A stretch of 64,000 bases of DNA, taken from the sequence record PP047754; one strand, given 5' to 3'. Position 1 is the first letter of the stretch; every line of letters begins with the position of its first letter. The position numbers and the translations under genes were made by a program. Below, piece after piece: positions 29,774-38,938 of the stretch. This stretch comes from Escherichia phage KEP4. Below the pieces are notes generated by a model. The model saw only the letters and a program-made list of their open reading frames with translations. It was not told the DNA's origin and ran no database searches.

Positions 29774-31456
29774 ATGGCTGGATACGGCAGAGGGTTCTTC
29801 GGTTTGTTTGGCGGCGGCGGTTTAGTCAATGCCAAAGTCGACACCGATAAGTTAGCCCAAAAACAAGATGAATTGTTGCTCACCAAGGCGACAGTTGTTG
29901 CTCTGGACGATGCTCAAGACGGTTCTATAATCCTTCAGGGCGGTGCAAACACCTACAACTATGTTGGCGTTGAGAGTGAACTTCTCAGCGTTAAAACAGT
30001 TGTGGAAGAATATCAGTCCATGGCTCAACAGCCTGAAATTCGCAAAGCGGTGGACATTATTGTCAATGATGTTGTCACCTGTGAGGAAGATGAAACTCCA
30101 GTGACAGTAAACCTTGACAAAGTTGAAGGGATATCTGATACTGTTAAAGAATCTATCACCGAATGCTTCAAAGAAGTTATGCACTTGATGGACTTTGACA
30201 ATACAGCATATCAGAAGATCCGGAAATGGTATGTTGACGGTCGACAAGCATATCATGTCATCGTTGATCCCACGAATAAAAAAGGCGGGATCAAGAAATT
30301 GGTTATGCTTGATTCTCGTTGCATTCGTCCTGTCTATATCGTTGAGAAGGCGATGCGTGAAGGCGGTATTGAAGCAATAGAATCTGTAACATTGAAGTAT
30401 TATTACAACCCGAATTATAATCGAAACCAATTCACTGGCCAATCTGGTACTTCCCAGAACTTCCAGCCTTCACAGCAAGAACTCGTATTCGATGACGAAA
30501 GCATTGTTTACATCGATAGTGGTGAAGAGCCATTGGCCAATGGTATTGTCCCAGGCCTTTTAAATCCTGCTATCCGTCCGTTGAACAACCTGGTTACGAC
30601 TGAAGATGCGACTGTAATTTATGCCATCACTCGCGCCCCTGAGAAACGCGCATTCTATCTTGACGTCGGTACTCTCGGTAAGAAATCTGCTGAAGAATAC
30701 ATGACCATGATGATGGGTAAATTCAAAAACCGCAACGCATATGACCGCACCACTGGTAAGATAACAGGTAATGCCCATCTTATGGGTATTGCAGAGGATT
30801 ATTGGTTGCCGCGCCGCGAAGGTCAGAATGCTACAGAGATTGCGACTGTTGGGGGTGGGAATCAATTGGGCGAAATGGATCACGTGAACTATTTCCGTGA
30901 AAAACTCTATGATGCTCTAATGATCCCTAAGAGCCGCCTCCAAGAGGAAGGATCTATTAACATTGGGGGTTCTAACCTTGCGGAGATTACACAGGAAGAG
31001 CTGCGCTTCAGCAAGTTCTGTGCTGGGTTACGACGCCGTTACTCCCATTTCTTCATGGAATTCTTGCGCCGCCAGTTAATTTTGAAAGGCGTTACGGATG
31101 AAAAGGATTGGAATGAGAAGATCAAACCGTTTATAAAGTTTGAATTCACATCCGATAGTTACATTCGTGAACAACAAGAAAACGCTATCTTGAATGATCG
31201 TCTGGCTTCATTGAACACTGTTGAGCCATTTGTTGGTTCCATTTTCTCCATAGACTACGTCATGAGAAATGTATTGCGTATGTCTGATGAAGAAGTTAAA
31301 GAACAACAAACGAAGATCGCGGAAGAGAAAAAGAAAGGTCTCTATCCGAAGGTTCAAGCAGATGAAACTGGCAATTATAGCGGTTCAGATGTTAGTCCGT
31401 TGAAGTTTAAACCTGAGACTATCCCATTCTCCGGTTCAACAGACGATAGTATTTAA
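29774..31456 (+). CDS. portal protein (T4 gp20-like)
   Basis: 560 aa; ITRAPEKRAFYLDVGTL and EDYWLPRREGQ resemble T4 gp20 (ITRAPDRRVWYVDTGNM, EDYWLQRRDGK). Confidence 0.85.
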   Translation: MAGYGRGFFGLFGGGGLVNAKVDTDKLAQKQDELLLTKATVVALDDAQDGSIILQGGANTYNYVGVESELLSVKTVVEEYQSMAQQPEIRKAVDIIVNDVVTCEEDETPVTVNLDKVEGISDTVKESITECFKEVMHLMDFDNTAYQKIRKWYVDGRQAYHVIVDPTNKKGGIKKLVMLDSRCIRPVYIVEKAMREGGIEAIESVTLKYYYNPNYNRNQFTGQSGTSQNFQPSQQELVFDDESIVYIDSGEEPLANGIVPGLLNPAIRPLNNLVTTEDATVIYAITRAPEKRAFYLDVGTLGKKSAEEYMTMMMGKFKNRNAYDRTTGKITGNAHLMGIAEDYWLPRREGQNATEIATVGGGNQLGEMDHVNYFREKLYDALMIPKSRLQEEGSINIGGSNLAEITQEELRFSKFCAGLRRRYSHFFMEFLRRQLILKGVTDEKDWNEKIKPFIKFEFTSDSYIREQQENAILNDRLASLNTVEPFVGSIFSIDYVMRNVLRMSDEEVKEQQTKIAEEKKKGLYPKVQADETGNYSGSDVSPLKFKPETIPFSGSTDDSI

Positions 31457-31463
31457 AGTTCAA

Positions 31464-31470
31464 CTAAATA
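31464..31470 (+). promoter_or_regulatory. late-promoter-like box CTAAATA
   Basis: 28 nt upstream of ATG 31498. Confidence 0.4.
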
Positions 31471-31497
31471 TAGAAAATTAATTCGGAGATCAAAATC

Positions 31498-31668
31498 ATG
31501 AGCGCAATTGATATCGTTCGTGCAGTAATTGACGGTGACACTGAAACTGCTGTTGCAGAATGCAACATGGAACTTGATGCACGTAGTCAAGAACTATTAA
31601 ACCAAGGCACCGCATATGTTCTGGATTCTATCGCAGCTGATATGAATTCAAACAACAACGGCCAGTAA
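31498..31668 (+). CDS. small prohead core protein (T4 gp67-like position), 56 aa
   Basis: not in ORF track (<60 aa); ATG with GGAG SD, acidic 56-aa product between portal and protease genes. Confidence 0.5.
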   Translation: MSAIDIVRAVIDGDTETAVAECNMELDARSQELLNQGTAYVLDSIAADMNSNNNGQ

Positions 31669-31676
31669 GGAGATGC

Positions 31677-31994
31677 ATGATGGAAATCACAGAGATCGCC
31701 ACGTTCGCTGATTTCCTGGCCTCTCGTATGGACGAGCAGCGAGTCATCGATAAAGTGAACGCTCGTGGTAAACGCCGCCGCCGCTTGAAATGTGCCCCTG
31801 GGTTCAAATTGTCGGCTGATGGTTCACGTTGTGAAGTTATGGACGCCAGCGAACGTCGTGTTCGCAAGATCGGCAACCGCAAAGCCCTCCGCTCTAAAAA
31901 GCGTATGGGAATGGGCTATCAACGTAAAATCGAGCGCCGCAAGAAAAAGGCTATGAAGTTCCGCAAAATGATGGGACTGAGTAAGAACAAGTAA
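31677..31994 (+). CDS. highly basic prohead core / internal head protein candidate (T4 gp68-like position)
   Basis: 105 aa with Arg/Lys-rich C-terminal half (GKRRRRLK, RKALRSKKR, ERRKKKAMKFRK); AGGAG SD. Confidence 0.55.
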   Translation: MMEITEIATFADFLASRMDEQRVIDKVNARGKRRRRLKCAPGFKLSADGSRCEVMDASERRVRKIGNRKALRSKKRMGMGYQRKIERRKKKAMKFRKMMGLSKNK

Positions 31995-32001
31995 GGAGTT
32001 T

Positions 32002-32670
32002 ATGATGAAACTGTTGCGTGAGATCACAGCGATAGGGAAGGATCTTCAAATCGGTGAGGCCACAACCTCAACTGGTGGGAAGGCCATGTTCATCGAAGGT
32101 CCGTTTGTGATGTGTAACCAAGTCAACCGTAACGGGCGTAACTATGATCTGCAGAAAGTGGGTATTCCTGCTGTCGAAGCATACGACAAAGAGTATATCC
32201 AAGATCGTCGCGCAATCGGTGAAGTCACACATCCTGACTATCCTTTCCCTAATCTGGTGGAAGCTGCGCTCAAAACCGAATCCCTTCGCTGGGAAGGCAC
32301 TAATGCCATCGGTCGGGCGCGAATTTTAAATACACCAAAAGGCCAAATCATACGTGCATTGGCCGAAGCAGACTTCAATCTGGCCGTGTCTACACGTGGC
32401 CTGGGTGAGACCAAGTCAGTAAACGGTTATGATGACGTTCAGCCTGGCTTTATGCTCACCGCTGTTGATGCAGTCGACCGTCCTTCTGGACAAGTTTGTT
32501 ATGTTAAGGCTGTGAGTGAATCTGTTGAATGGCAGCTTGATGAGGCTTCGGGTATTTGGATGCCTCGTGATGTTAAAGGGAAAGTTGTAGACCAGTTGGT
32601 GAAAACCAATATCCAGGTTGAAGACGATTTCCTGCGCCGCCTTGATGCAGCATTGAATCATCTGGGCTGA
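32002..32670 (+). CDS. prohead core protease (T4 gp21-like)
   Basis: 222 aa at the gp21 position; AAGGAG SD fits ATG 32005 better than 32002. Confidence 0.75.
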   Translation: MMKLLREITAIGKDLQIGEATTSTGGKAMFIEGPFVMCNQVNRNGRNYDLQKVGIPAVEAYDKEYIQDRRAIGEVTHPDYPFPNLVEAALKTESLRWEGTNAIGRARILNTPKGQIIRALAEADFNLAVSTRGLGETKSVNGYDDVQPGFMLTAVDAVDRPSGQVCYVKAVSESVEWQLDEASGIWMPRDVKGKVVDQLVKTNIQVEDDFLRRLDAALNHLG

Positions 32671-32681
32671 ATTTCAGCTCA

Positions 32682-32688
32682 CTAAATA
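32682..32688 (+). promoter_or_regulatory. late-promoter-like box CTAAATA
   Basis: 29 nt upstream of scaffold ATG 32717. Confidence 0.4.
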
Positions 32689-32716
32689 CTGAAAAATCGT
32701 TCAGAAGGAAACTATC

Positions 32717-33556
32717 ATGAAACCTGAATTGCAAAATCTGTTTGAAGGCGTTAACGGCATCAGCCCAGATTTCCTGGATAAAGTATCCAATTTGCTGGAA
32801 TCGAAAGTTGAAGCGGCTCGTCTGAAAGCTATCCAAGAAACCGAAGCAGCTGGCAACGTCGAGCGCCTGAATTTGGTAGAATCTCACCAGAAAGAAATCG
32901 CCGACCTGAAAGAAAATTTCATTCTGCAATTGGCTGGGAAAGTTGACTCATTCCTCAACGCGGTGGTTGAAGAATGGGCTAACAAAAATGCCCCAGCTAT
33001 TGACGCTCAGATCAAAACTGAAGCTGCTGAACGCTTCCTCACTGGTTTCTCCAACGTGCTGAAAGAAGCAGGTGTGAGTTTCGCTACTGACCCAGACGGT
33101 CAGATTGCTGCCCTCACCAGTCGCCTTGCTGAAGCAGAACAACGCGCCAGCATTGCCAATACTGAATTGGCTCAGCTCAAAGAAAGTGAAACCAAACGCC
33201 AGCGCAATGATGTCATTGATCGTATTTGTGAAGGTATGGTTGACACCAAGAAAGACACTGTTGTCAACCTGCTGGAAGGTATTGAATTCCAGACCGAGTC
33301 TGAATTTGAATCCCGTGTGCGCACCTTCCGTAACCTGGTAGAAGGCAAAGATGACTTCTCTGATAAAGTCGGCAAAGACAATGAAAAAGGCAAGCCGGAT
33401 GGCGACAATTCTGAAAAAGACATCAAAGAAGGTAAAAAACCGAAGAAAGAAGGTGAAGCCGACGATGATGACGATGACGATGATGACAAAGACGAAGTTG
33501 GCAAAGAAGTCAACGAAGCCGTCCGTCGCCAGATCAGTGCTTTGATGAACGGCTAA
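32717..33556 (+). CDS. prohead scaffolding core protein (T4 gp22-like)
   Basis: 279 aa, alpha-helical, acidic C-terminal run EADDDDDDDDKDE; synteny. Confidence 0.8.
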   Translation: MKPELQNLFEGVNGISPDFLDKVSNLLESKVEAARLKAIQETEAAGNVERLNLVESHQKEIADLKENFILQLAGKVDSFLNAVVEEWANKNAPAIDAQIKTEAAERFLTGFSNVLKEAGVSFATDPDGQIAALTSRLAEAEQRASIANTELAQLKESETKRQRNDVIDRICEGMVDTKKDTVVNLLEGIEFQTESEFESRVRTFRNLVEGKDDFSDKVGKDNEKGKPDGDNSEKDIKEGKKPKKEGEADDDDDDDDDKDEVGKEVNEAVRRQISALMNG

Positions 33557-33569
33557 TTTTAGCAGCCAC

Positions 33570-33597
33570 AGCCCTCGAAAGGGGGCTTGATTTTGAA
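33570..33597 (+). terminator. terminator-like hairpin (agccctc-gaaa-gggggct + TGATTTTG)
   Basis: 7-bp stem (one G-U pair), GNRA-type loop, U-rich tail between scaffold and capsid genes. Confidence 0.55.
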
Positions 33598-33647
33598 CTA
33601 CTAAGTAATTTCAACTTAACTGAATATCAATGTAAGGAACGAGCATC

Positions 33648-34970
33648 ATGACTAAGAAACTTGTAACCGAAGAAATGCGCAAACAGTGGCTGCCAGTTCT
33701 CCAAAAAGAATCTGAAGCTATTCAACCTCTGTCTGCCGAAAACGTAACCATCCGTCTGATGCAGAACCAGGCTGAATGGAACGCAAAAAACCTGGGCGAA
33801 TCTGACGCACCTGGTTCTGTGAACAGCACTGTCGGTAAATGGCAGCCAGTTCTGATCGACATGGCAAAACGTCTGGCGCCGATCAACATCGCGATGGACT
33901 TCTTCGGTGTTCAGCCGCTGTCTGGTCCTGACGGTCAGATCTTTGCACTGCGCGCTCGCCAGGGTGTTGGTGACAGTTCCAACACCGCACAGTCTCGTAA
34001 AGAACTGTTCATGCAGGAAGCCGATTCCGGCTATTCCGGTGATGGTACTGTACAGGCTGGCGACCCGTCAGGCTTTAGTCAGGCTGAAATCGAAGGTTCT
34101 GGCTCTGGCGTGACCACTATCGGTAAAGGTATGCCGTCAACCGACGCGGAACTGCTGGGTACTACCACCAATCCGTGGGCGCGTGTTGGTATCACCGTTC
34201 AGAAAGCGACCGTTACTGCCAAGTCTCGCGGCCTGTATGCTGATTACAGCCATGAACTGCGTCAGGATATGATGGCAATTCACGGCGAAGACGTGGATAA
34301 TATCCTGTCTGACGTGATGGTAACTGAAATTCAGGCGGAAATGAACCGTGAATTCATCCGTACCATGAACTTCAGTGCTGTTCGCTTCAAAAAATTCGGA
34401 ACCAACGGTGTTGTTGATATCGCGCAGGACATCTCTGGTCGTTGGGCGCTGGAAAAATGGAAGTTCCTGACTTTCATGCTGGAAGTTGAAGCGAACGGTA
34501 TCGGTGTTGACACCCGTCGTGGTAAAGGCAACCGTGTTCTGTGTTCTCCGAACGTGGCATCCGCTCTGGCGATGTCTGGCATGCTGGACTATGCTCCAGT
34601 TCTGCAGGAAAACACTAAACTGGCTGTTGACCCGACTGGCCAGACCTTCGCTGGTGTTCTGTCCAACGGTATGCGCGTCTATGTTGACCCGTATGCTGTA
34701 GCAGAATATATCACTCTGGCATACAAAGGCGCAACTGCGCTGGATGCTGGTATCTTCTTCGCGCCGTATGTGCCGCTGGAAATGTACCGCACCCAGGGTG
34801 AAACCACCTTCGCTCCGCGTATGGCGTTCAAAACCCGTTACGGCATCTGTGCTAACCCGTTCGTACAGATTCCGGCTAACCAAGACCCGCAGGTTTACGT
34901 GACTGCTGACGGTATCGCTCAAGACAGCAACCCGTATTTCCGCAAAGGTCTGATCAAATCTCTGTTCTAA
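33648..34970 (+). CDS. major capsid protein (T4 gp23-like)
   Basis: FFGVQPLSGPDGQIFALRA, AKSRGLYADYSHELRQD, ICANPF and NPYFRKGLIK match conserved T4 gp23 segments. Confidence 0.9.
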   Translation: MTKKLVTEEMRKQWLPVLQKESEAIQPLSAENVTIRLMQNQAEWNAKNLGESDAPGSVNSTVGKWQPVLIDMAKRLAPINIAMDFFGVQPLSGPDGQIFALRARQGVGDSSNTAQSRKELFMQEADSGYSGDGTVQAGDPSGFSQAEIEGSGSGVTTIGKGMPSTDAELLGTTTNPWARVGITVQKATVTAKSRGLYADYSHELRQDMMAIHGEDVDNILSDVMVTEIQAEMNREFIRTMNFSAVRFKKFGTNGVVDIAQDISGRWALEKWKFLTFMLEVEANGIGVDTRRGKGNRVLCSPNVASALAMSGMLDYAPVLQENTKLAVDPTGQTFAGVLSNGMRVYVDPYAVAEYITLAYKGATALDAGIFFAPYVPLEMYRTQGETTFAPRMAFKTRYGICANPFVQIPANQDPQVYVTADGIAQDSNPYFRKGLIKSLF

Positions 34971-34988
34971 TCGACAGGTTTTGATAAC

Positions 34989-35016
34989 AAACCCCGCTTC
35001 GGCGGGGTTTTTCTTT
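34989..35016 (+). terminator. rho-independent terminator (aaaccccgc-ttcg-gcggggttt + TTTTCTTT)
   Basis: 9-bp stem, ttcg loop, U-tract after the capsid gene. Confidence 0.9.
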
Positions 35017-35104
35017 ATAGGGATTCACTATAAGACCGCTAATAGTTTTCAATAAATGGGCAATGAACGATCATTACCCAACTTTCACAATAGGAATACA
35101 ACTC

Positions 35105-35299
35105 ATGGCAAAAGAAACTCTTAACAATGAAAACTCCAACTTTGCAGAATGGCATACCGAATTAGAGCGCGTTGCCCGTTCTCAACATGGTTCTGCCGCT
35201 GATGCAGATGCTTGGCGTGAAGATTATGAATCTGGAAAAACTCCACGTCAGGCTTGGGAAGACGAATGGGGGTGGGATGATGCCGACTCTAATCCGTAA
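35105..35299 (+). CDS. hypothetical acidic small protein (64 aa)
   Basis: ATG 35105 with AGGA SD; Trp/Asp/Glu-rich; track start 35063 is an alternative. Confidence 0.45.
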   Translation: MAKETLNNENSNFAEWHTELERVARSQHGSAADADAWREDYESGKTPRQAWEDEWGWDDADSNP

Positions 35300-35510
35300 G
35301 ATATATCTGGATAAGAACTATTTGGAATCTAAAATCGAAGTTTTCACGGCTCAAAAAATATTTGAAGACGGTGAAACGAGATATTATCTGAATCCAGACC
35401 TTTATCTCCCAGGAAGTAATTTGAATCGCGACATATCCCAAATAGATGGCACAATCATTCGTTGGGAAATAGCGACGCAAGAAGACAACTGTCACAACAT
35501 AACACTTTGA
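35277..35510 (+). CDS. hypothetical small protein (77 aa)
   Basis: ATG 35277 after GGGGGTGGG; overlaps upstream stop. Confidence 0.4.
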   Translation: MMPTLIRKIYLDKNYLESKIEVFTAQKIFEDGETRYYLNPDLYLPGSNLNRDISQIDGTIIRWEIATQEDNCHNITL

Positions 35511-35525
35511 AGAGAGAACTACATC

Positions 35526-35972
35526 ATGTCTAAACAAAATTATATCTTTATTAGTCCAGGACGTTCCCAGTTTTTTCGTAGCGACATCGATACACCTATC
35601 GAAGGTTTTCGCATTTTCAAATGCTATAAATTGGCCAGCGGTGACATTGATTATCAAAGTCACGACAATGACCGCCAAGACTTGGTTGATAACGGTTGGG
35701 AAGAAATAGATTCTCCTCAATATCTGACCGTCAACCTTTATTATATGAAGGAAAGCGGTAAATATTATTCGACTGGGGAGTTGAAAATCCGAGTTTCAGA
35801 AGCCCAATCCAATCCAGCAAAAAGTTGGTATGACACGCAAGAGTTAGTGCGTGATCTCCTGAAGAAAGGCGAACTGCCTGGCTTGGTTAAAGGTTCCCGT
35901 TTTGATACCTTCATGTCCTGTGAACAACACCCGTGCTATGTTCCGACTTTATTTAAAATCAGCAACATATGA
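35526..35972 (+). CDS. hypothetical protein (148 aa)
   Basis: ORF only; weak SD. Confidence 0.5.
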   Translation: MSKQNYIFISPGRSQFFRSDIDTPIEGFRIFKCYKLASGDIDYQSHDNDRQDLVDNGWEEIDSPQYLTVNLYYMKESGKYYSTGELKIRVSEAQSNPAKSWYDTQELVRDLLKKGELPGLVKGSRFDTFMSCEQHPCYVPTLFKISNI

Positions 35973-35983
35973 GAGATTAATAT

Positions 35984-36358
35984 ATGAGCAATTTACCACT
36001 GCTTCAAGTCGGCGATGTGTTCGTTCTCACAGAAGAAATGACCATTGAAACTCAGGTGCCTAAACATTTCTTGTATTCTAATTGCAAGGGAGATTGGCAA
36101 ACGGACTCTGGTTATATCACCCCTGAGGGATTCTTCGGTTACATGCAAGGGCATTATGTCGTTACCAAAACAGCTCTACAAGGAGGTAGCGCTGGTCACG
36201 ACCCATACCCAGACGGTCATCATGTTTGGGCACAGCATACCGAAAATGAACGCATCAGGATCTGTTTTTATCAGACAGGCAGCTTCAGAAACATGCACCG
36301 TAACGTTCCAGTAGTCGGAAAAGCCAAGGCGCAAACATGGACTTGGGAGAAATTATGA
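35984..36358 (+). CDS. hypothetical protein (124 aa)
   Basis: GAGAGA SD 7 nt upstream. Confidence 0.5.
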   Translation: MSNLPLLQVGDVFVLTEEMTIETQVPKHFLYSNCKGDWQTDSGYITPEGFFGYMQGHYVVTKTALQGGSAGHDPYPDGHHVWAQHTENERIRICFYQTGSFRNMHRNVPVVGKAKAQTWTWEKL

Positions 36359-36591
36359 GAATCAAAAAGATTGGAGCAAGCCCGTTGACGGGCACTATCT
36401 TCCAAGGTACATTGAATACCAAAACCAGTATGTGGGTAGGTGAGAAGACCGACGTGACTAACGACTGTGTAGCGGCTACGGCTGAACACATGCGCCACAT
36501 CAAGAAAGACTACTGCTTCCCTACTAAAGACGGCAAGTTTCTGGTGCTGAGCGCTGAGGTTCACGACACTCTTCCTGATCGCTTCAAATAA
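36355..36591 (+). CDS. hypothetical protein (78 aa)
   Basis: ATGA overlap with upstream stop (translational coupling). Confidence 0.45.
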   Translation: MRIKKIGASPLTGTIFQGTLNTKTSMWVGEKTDVTNDCVAATAEHMRHIKKDYCFPTKDGKFLVLSAEVHDTLPDRFK

Positions 36592-36610
36592 ATTTAAAAT
36601 TTATTCAATA

Positions 36611-36640
36611 AACGGGGTTTACTTCTTCAATAAACCCCGT
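36611..36640 (+). promoter_or_regulatory. hairpin aacggggttta-cttcttcaa-taaaccccgt
   Basis: 10-bp stem; contains the 15-mer ggggtttacttcttc also present at 55264-55278. Confidence 0.4.
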
Positions 36641-36694
36641 ATACTTCATTCCATAAGCAGCACAACACTGACTCTGAAATGAAGGAACTACATC

Positions 36695-37159
36695 ATGACA
36701 ACCGTAAAAATCTCCGTCTGGGCATTCAACAATTTCACCAAATTTGACGCGTTTGTTAAAAACGCTCTGGGCATCACCAACATAGAATCTTTCACTTCTT
36801 ATGACCGCGAAGATCAGGTCAAAATGCTTCGTCCTGAAATCGACCTTGATGCAATGCTGAACGCCATCAAGAATCACGATGACAATCTGGCTGAATTCGA
36901 AAACCTCCGCACCTCTATCTTCAAAAAGAATGGTGGCATCCGTAAGCTGAGCAACAAAACCATCAAATATGTCACCGAAGGGTTCTTTGTGGTGTTCGAC
37001 TTCATAGAAACCAAGCCGAACGAACTTCGTAAAGATTTAGACGGCAACGTTATCACCCTGAAAATGTTTGGCGAAGCCAAGGCCGATATGATGCGTGACG
37101 GCCTGTGTGATGAGACATTCACATACGACGAATATTGCGATCAGTGCCAAGATCTGTAA
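36695..37159 (+). CDS. hypothetical protein (154 aa)
   Basis: AAGGA SD 8 nt upstream. Confidence 0.5.
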   Translation: MTTVKISVWAFNNFTKFDAFVKNALGITNIESFTSYDREDQVKMLRPEIDLDAMLNAIKNHDDNLAEFENLRTSIFKKNGGIRKLSNKTIKYVTEGFFVVFDFIETKPNELRKDLDGNVITLKMFGEAKADMMRDGLCDETFTYDEYCDQCQDL

Positions 37160-37180
37160 TTTGTTCTAAACCATTTGAAC

Positions 37181-37201
37181 GGGTATGTTAAAATCATACC
37201 C
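37181..37201 (+). promoter_or_regulatory. hairpin gggtatg-ttaaaat-cataccc in the 5' leader of ORF 37228
   Basis: 7-bp perfect inverted repeat 27 nt upstream of the start. Confidence 0.4.
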
Positions 37202-37227
37202 AACCCCTACAAATAGAGGACTATAAC

Positions 37228-37545
37228 ATGGCTTGTAAAACACCAGAAATGAAATTAGTTGTTTCGTCAAAGGGGCGTCGCAGCCGCAGTCGAAATCTCA
37301 TCACCCGTTTAGATATTCTACGTCAAAAATATCAAGGTCACAGCGTGTTCACACGCATCCGTAACGCATTAAAGGAAGGGCGAATCGAGTTGGAGCTATA
37401 TCGTCCAAACGGTTCGACTCGTGCGTATCAGACCACCGACGGTTTGCTGGAACTGATCCGCCTCTCGGGAATGAGCATAGAACCTCGTTCATCAGGGACT
37501 CCCTTGTGCAGCCTGTATGTAATCGGCAATCTTGGGGCGCTGTGA
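37228..37545 (+). CDS. hypothetical basic protein (105 aa)
   Basis: AGAGGA SD; Arg-rich N-terminus (KGRRSRSRNLITR). Confidence 0.5.
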   Translation: MACKTPEMKLVVSSKGRRSRSRNLITRLDILRQKYQGHSVFTRIRNALKEGRIELELYRPNGSTRAYQTTDGLLELIRLSGMSIEPRSSGTPLCSLYVIGNLGAL

Positions 37546-37550
37546 GTTCT

Positions 37551-37973
37551 ATGAAGAAGTATATCGTTCTTATAACGGGTTCCCGTTCTATAACTGAGCG
37601 GGATAAAATCTTCGCCAAACTGGATGAACTGTTAGATCCCCACGAGATCGAAACTTTTATAGAAGGTGAAGCGGTTGGTGTGGACTTGATATCTCGTGAT
37701 TGGTGTGAAATCAATTATGTTCATGTTACACCAATGGAGATCCCTAAGAATTATCACACGATATATGGGAAAGGCGCAGGAAACCAACGTAACAAAGATA
37801 TGTTAGACAAAGCTACAACCCTGGCCAAACAAAAAGGTCTTGAGGTCTTTGGAATTGCATTATGGGATGGTTCGTCTACTGGGACGCAAGACATGATTAC
37901 CCGCATGAAAAAAGCAGGTGTCAATGTCAATATCACTCTCATGGGCAAACCCAAAACCAAACGATTGTTATAA
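37551..37973 (+). CDS. SLOG-type (DprA/LOG-like, DUF2493-like) Rossmann-fold protein, tentative
   Basis: KKYIVLITGSRS...EGEAVGVDLISRDWC pattern; 140 aa; track start 37506 is GTG. Confidence 0.4.
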   Translation: MKKYIVLITGSRSITERDKIFAKLDELLDPHEIETFIEGEAVGVDLISRDWCEINYVHVTPMEIPKNYHTIYGKGAGNQRNKDMLDKATTLAKQKGLEVFGIALWDGSSTGTQDMITRMKKAGVNVNITLMGKPKTKRLL

Positions 37974-38007
37974 ATATGTTTGCCTTCACACCCATATGGA
38001 GTTAGCT

Positions 38008-38178
38008 ATGCTGCAATTAATTTTGATTCTTTGTGTCGCTTTTACCATGTACTTTCTGGCGCGAATCAGTTATATCACACTAAATGATCTGAAAGATACA
38101 CCACGCGAACCTAAATTTATATTTCTAAAGAAATACACCAAAAAGTTCTGCGAGAATTTTATCTATCATCTTCCGTGA
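38008..38178 (+). CDS. small membrane protein (56 aa, one TM helix)
   Basis: GGAG SD 6 nt before ATG 38008; LQLILILCVAFTMYFLARISYI hydrophobic segment. Confidence 0.4.
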   Translation: MLQLILILCVAFTMYFLARISYITLNDLKDTPREPKFIFLKKYTKKFCENFIYHLP

Positions 38179-38179
38179 T

Positions 38180-38207
38180 TATAAATACCCCCAAAATTGG
38201 GGGTATT
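38180..38207 (+). promoter_or_regulatory. exact T4-type late promoter TATAAATA (38180-38187) fused to hairpin aataccccc-aaaatt-gggggtatt
   Basis: 9-bp perfect stem 38184-38192 / 38199-38207; GGGGG 6 nt before ATG 38210. Confidence 0.65.
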
Positions 38208-38209
38208 TT

Positions 38210-38938
38210 ATGAACGCACAAATCTACGATGTCCTTTCCTCTGGTAATGCATTTAGCAACCCGCTTCCGTCCCTCTCCGGTCCCTCACAGGATTTAATCA
38301 CCAGTGGTAGTACCAATATACCATTGATAACTGCCAACGCGACTCCGGAGATGCAGGCGGCTATGGTTGCTGGTGGACTAACACCAGAAAAACTCACAGC
38401 AGCCACCACCATGTATAGCGCCGCCAACACGGGGATAACGACACTGAACACATATGGAGACCAAAGTATCAATGACGCGTATTCTCGCATCGGTACTTCC
38501 GTGTCATACAAATCAGGTCTGAAGGGTATATCACGAGAGCCAAACAATTGTGATTTGATCAACAAGGCTTTTGGTGTTGTTCAGGATTTAGGACGCCAAT
38601 GGCTGAATGCTATGGAAGGTGCTCTACAGACCGTAACAAACAAGATATCGGAATTGTATGACATGATTATGGAAGGTGCCTCAGAAGGGATGGCAAAACT
38701 ACAGCAATTGGCTGCTGAAGTAACAGGACATATCAATGAGGCAATAACCGCCGTCAATGGAGTTATAAACGATATCACCGATGGGATAGCTGCAGAACTT
38801 GCTCATATTGAAAGTATGATCAAAGAATGTCTAAACTTCTCTTTTGCGAATGTTCTTGGAGAATGGGCTAAAGATCTCTGTGCTGGAGGCGTTATTGATA
38901 AAATAGGGACTCCAGAATTAAAAGAGTCCCTGAAATAA
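38210..38938 (+). CDS. hypothetical late protein (242 aa), likely virion-associated
   Basis: driven by late-promoter/hairpin element; Ala/Thr-rich N-terminus, alpha-helical C-terminus. Confidence 0.55.
   Translation: MNAQIYDVLSSGNAFSNPLPSLSGPSQDLITSGSTNIPLITANATPEMQAAMVAGGLTPEKLTAATTMYSAANTGITTLNTYGDQSINDAYSRIGTSVSYKSGLKGISREPNNCDLINKAFGVVQDLGRQWLNAMEGALQTVTNKISELYDMIMEGASEGMAKLQQLAAEVTGHINEAITAVNGVINDITDGIAAELAHIESMIKECLNFSFANVLGEWAKDLCAGGVIDKIGTPELKESLK

Noticed and set aside
34137-34922. 261-aa minus-strand ORF inside the major capsid gene
   Set aside because: Fully antisense to a gene with strong T4 gp23 similarity; no SD; treated as an antisense artefact. The same applies to 43630-44220, 49636-50184, 50786-51397, 18809-19423, 25887-26423 and 27844-28497.
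35063-35104. Track ATG start at 35063 for the acidic small protein
   Set aside because: Only a weak SD upstream, whereas ATG 35105 has AGGA 8 nt upstream; kept as an alternative only.
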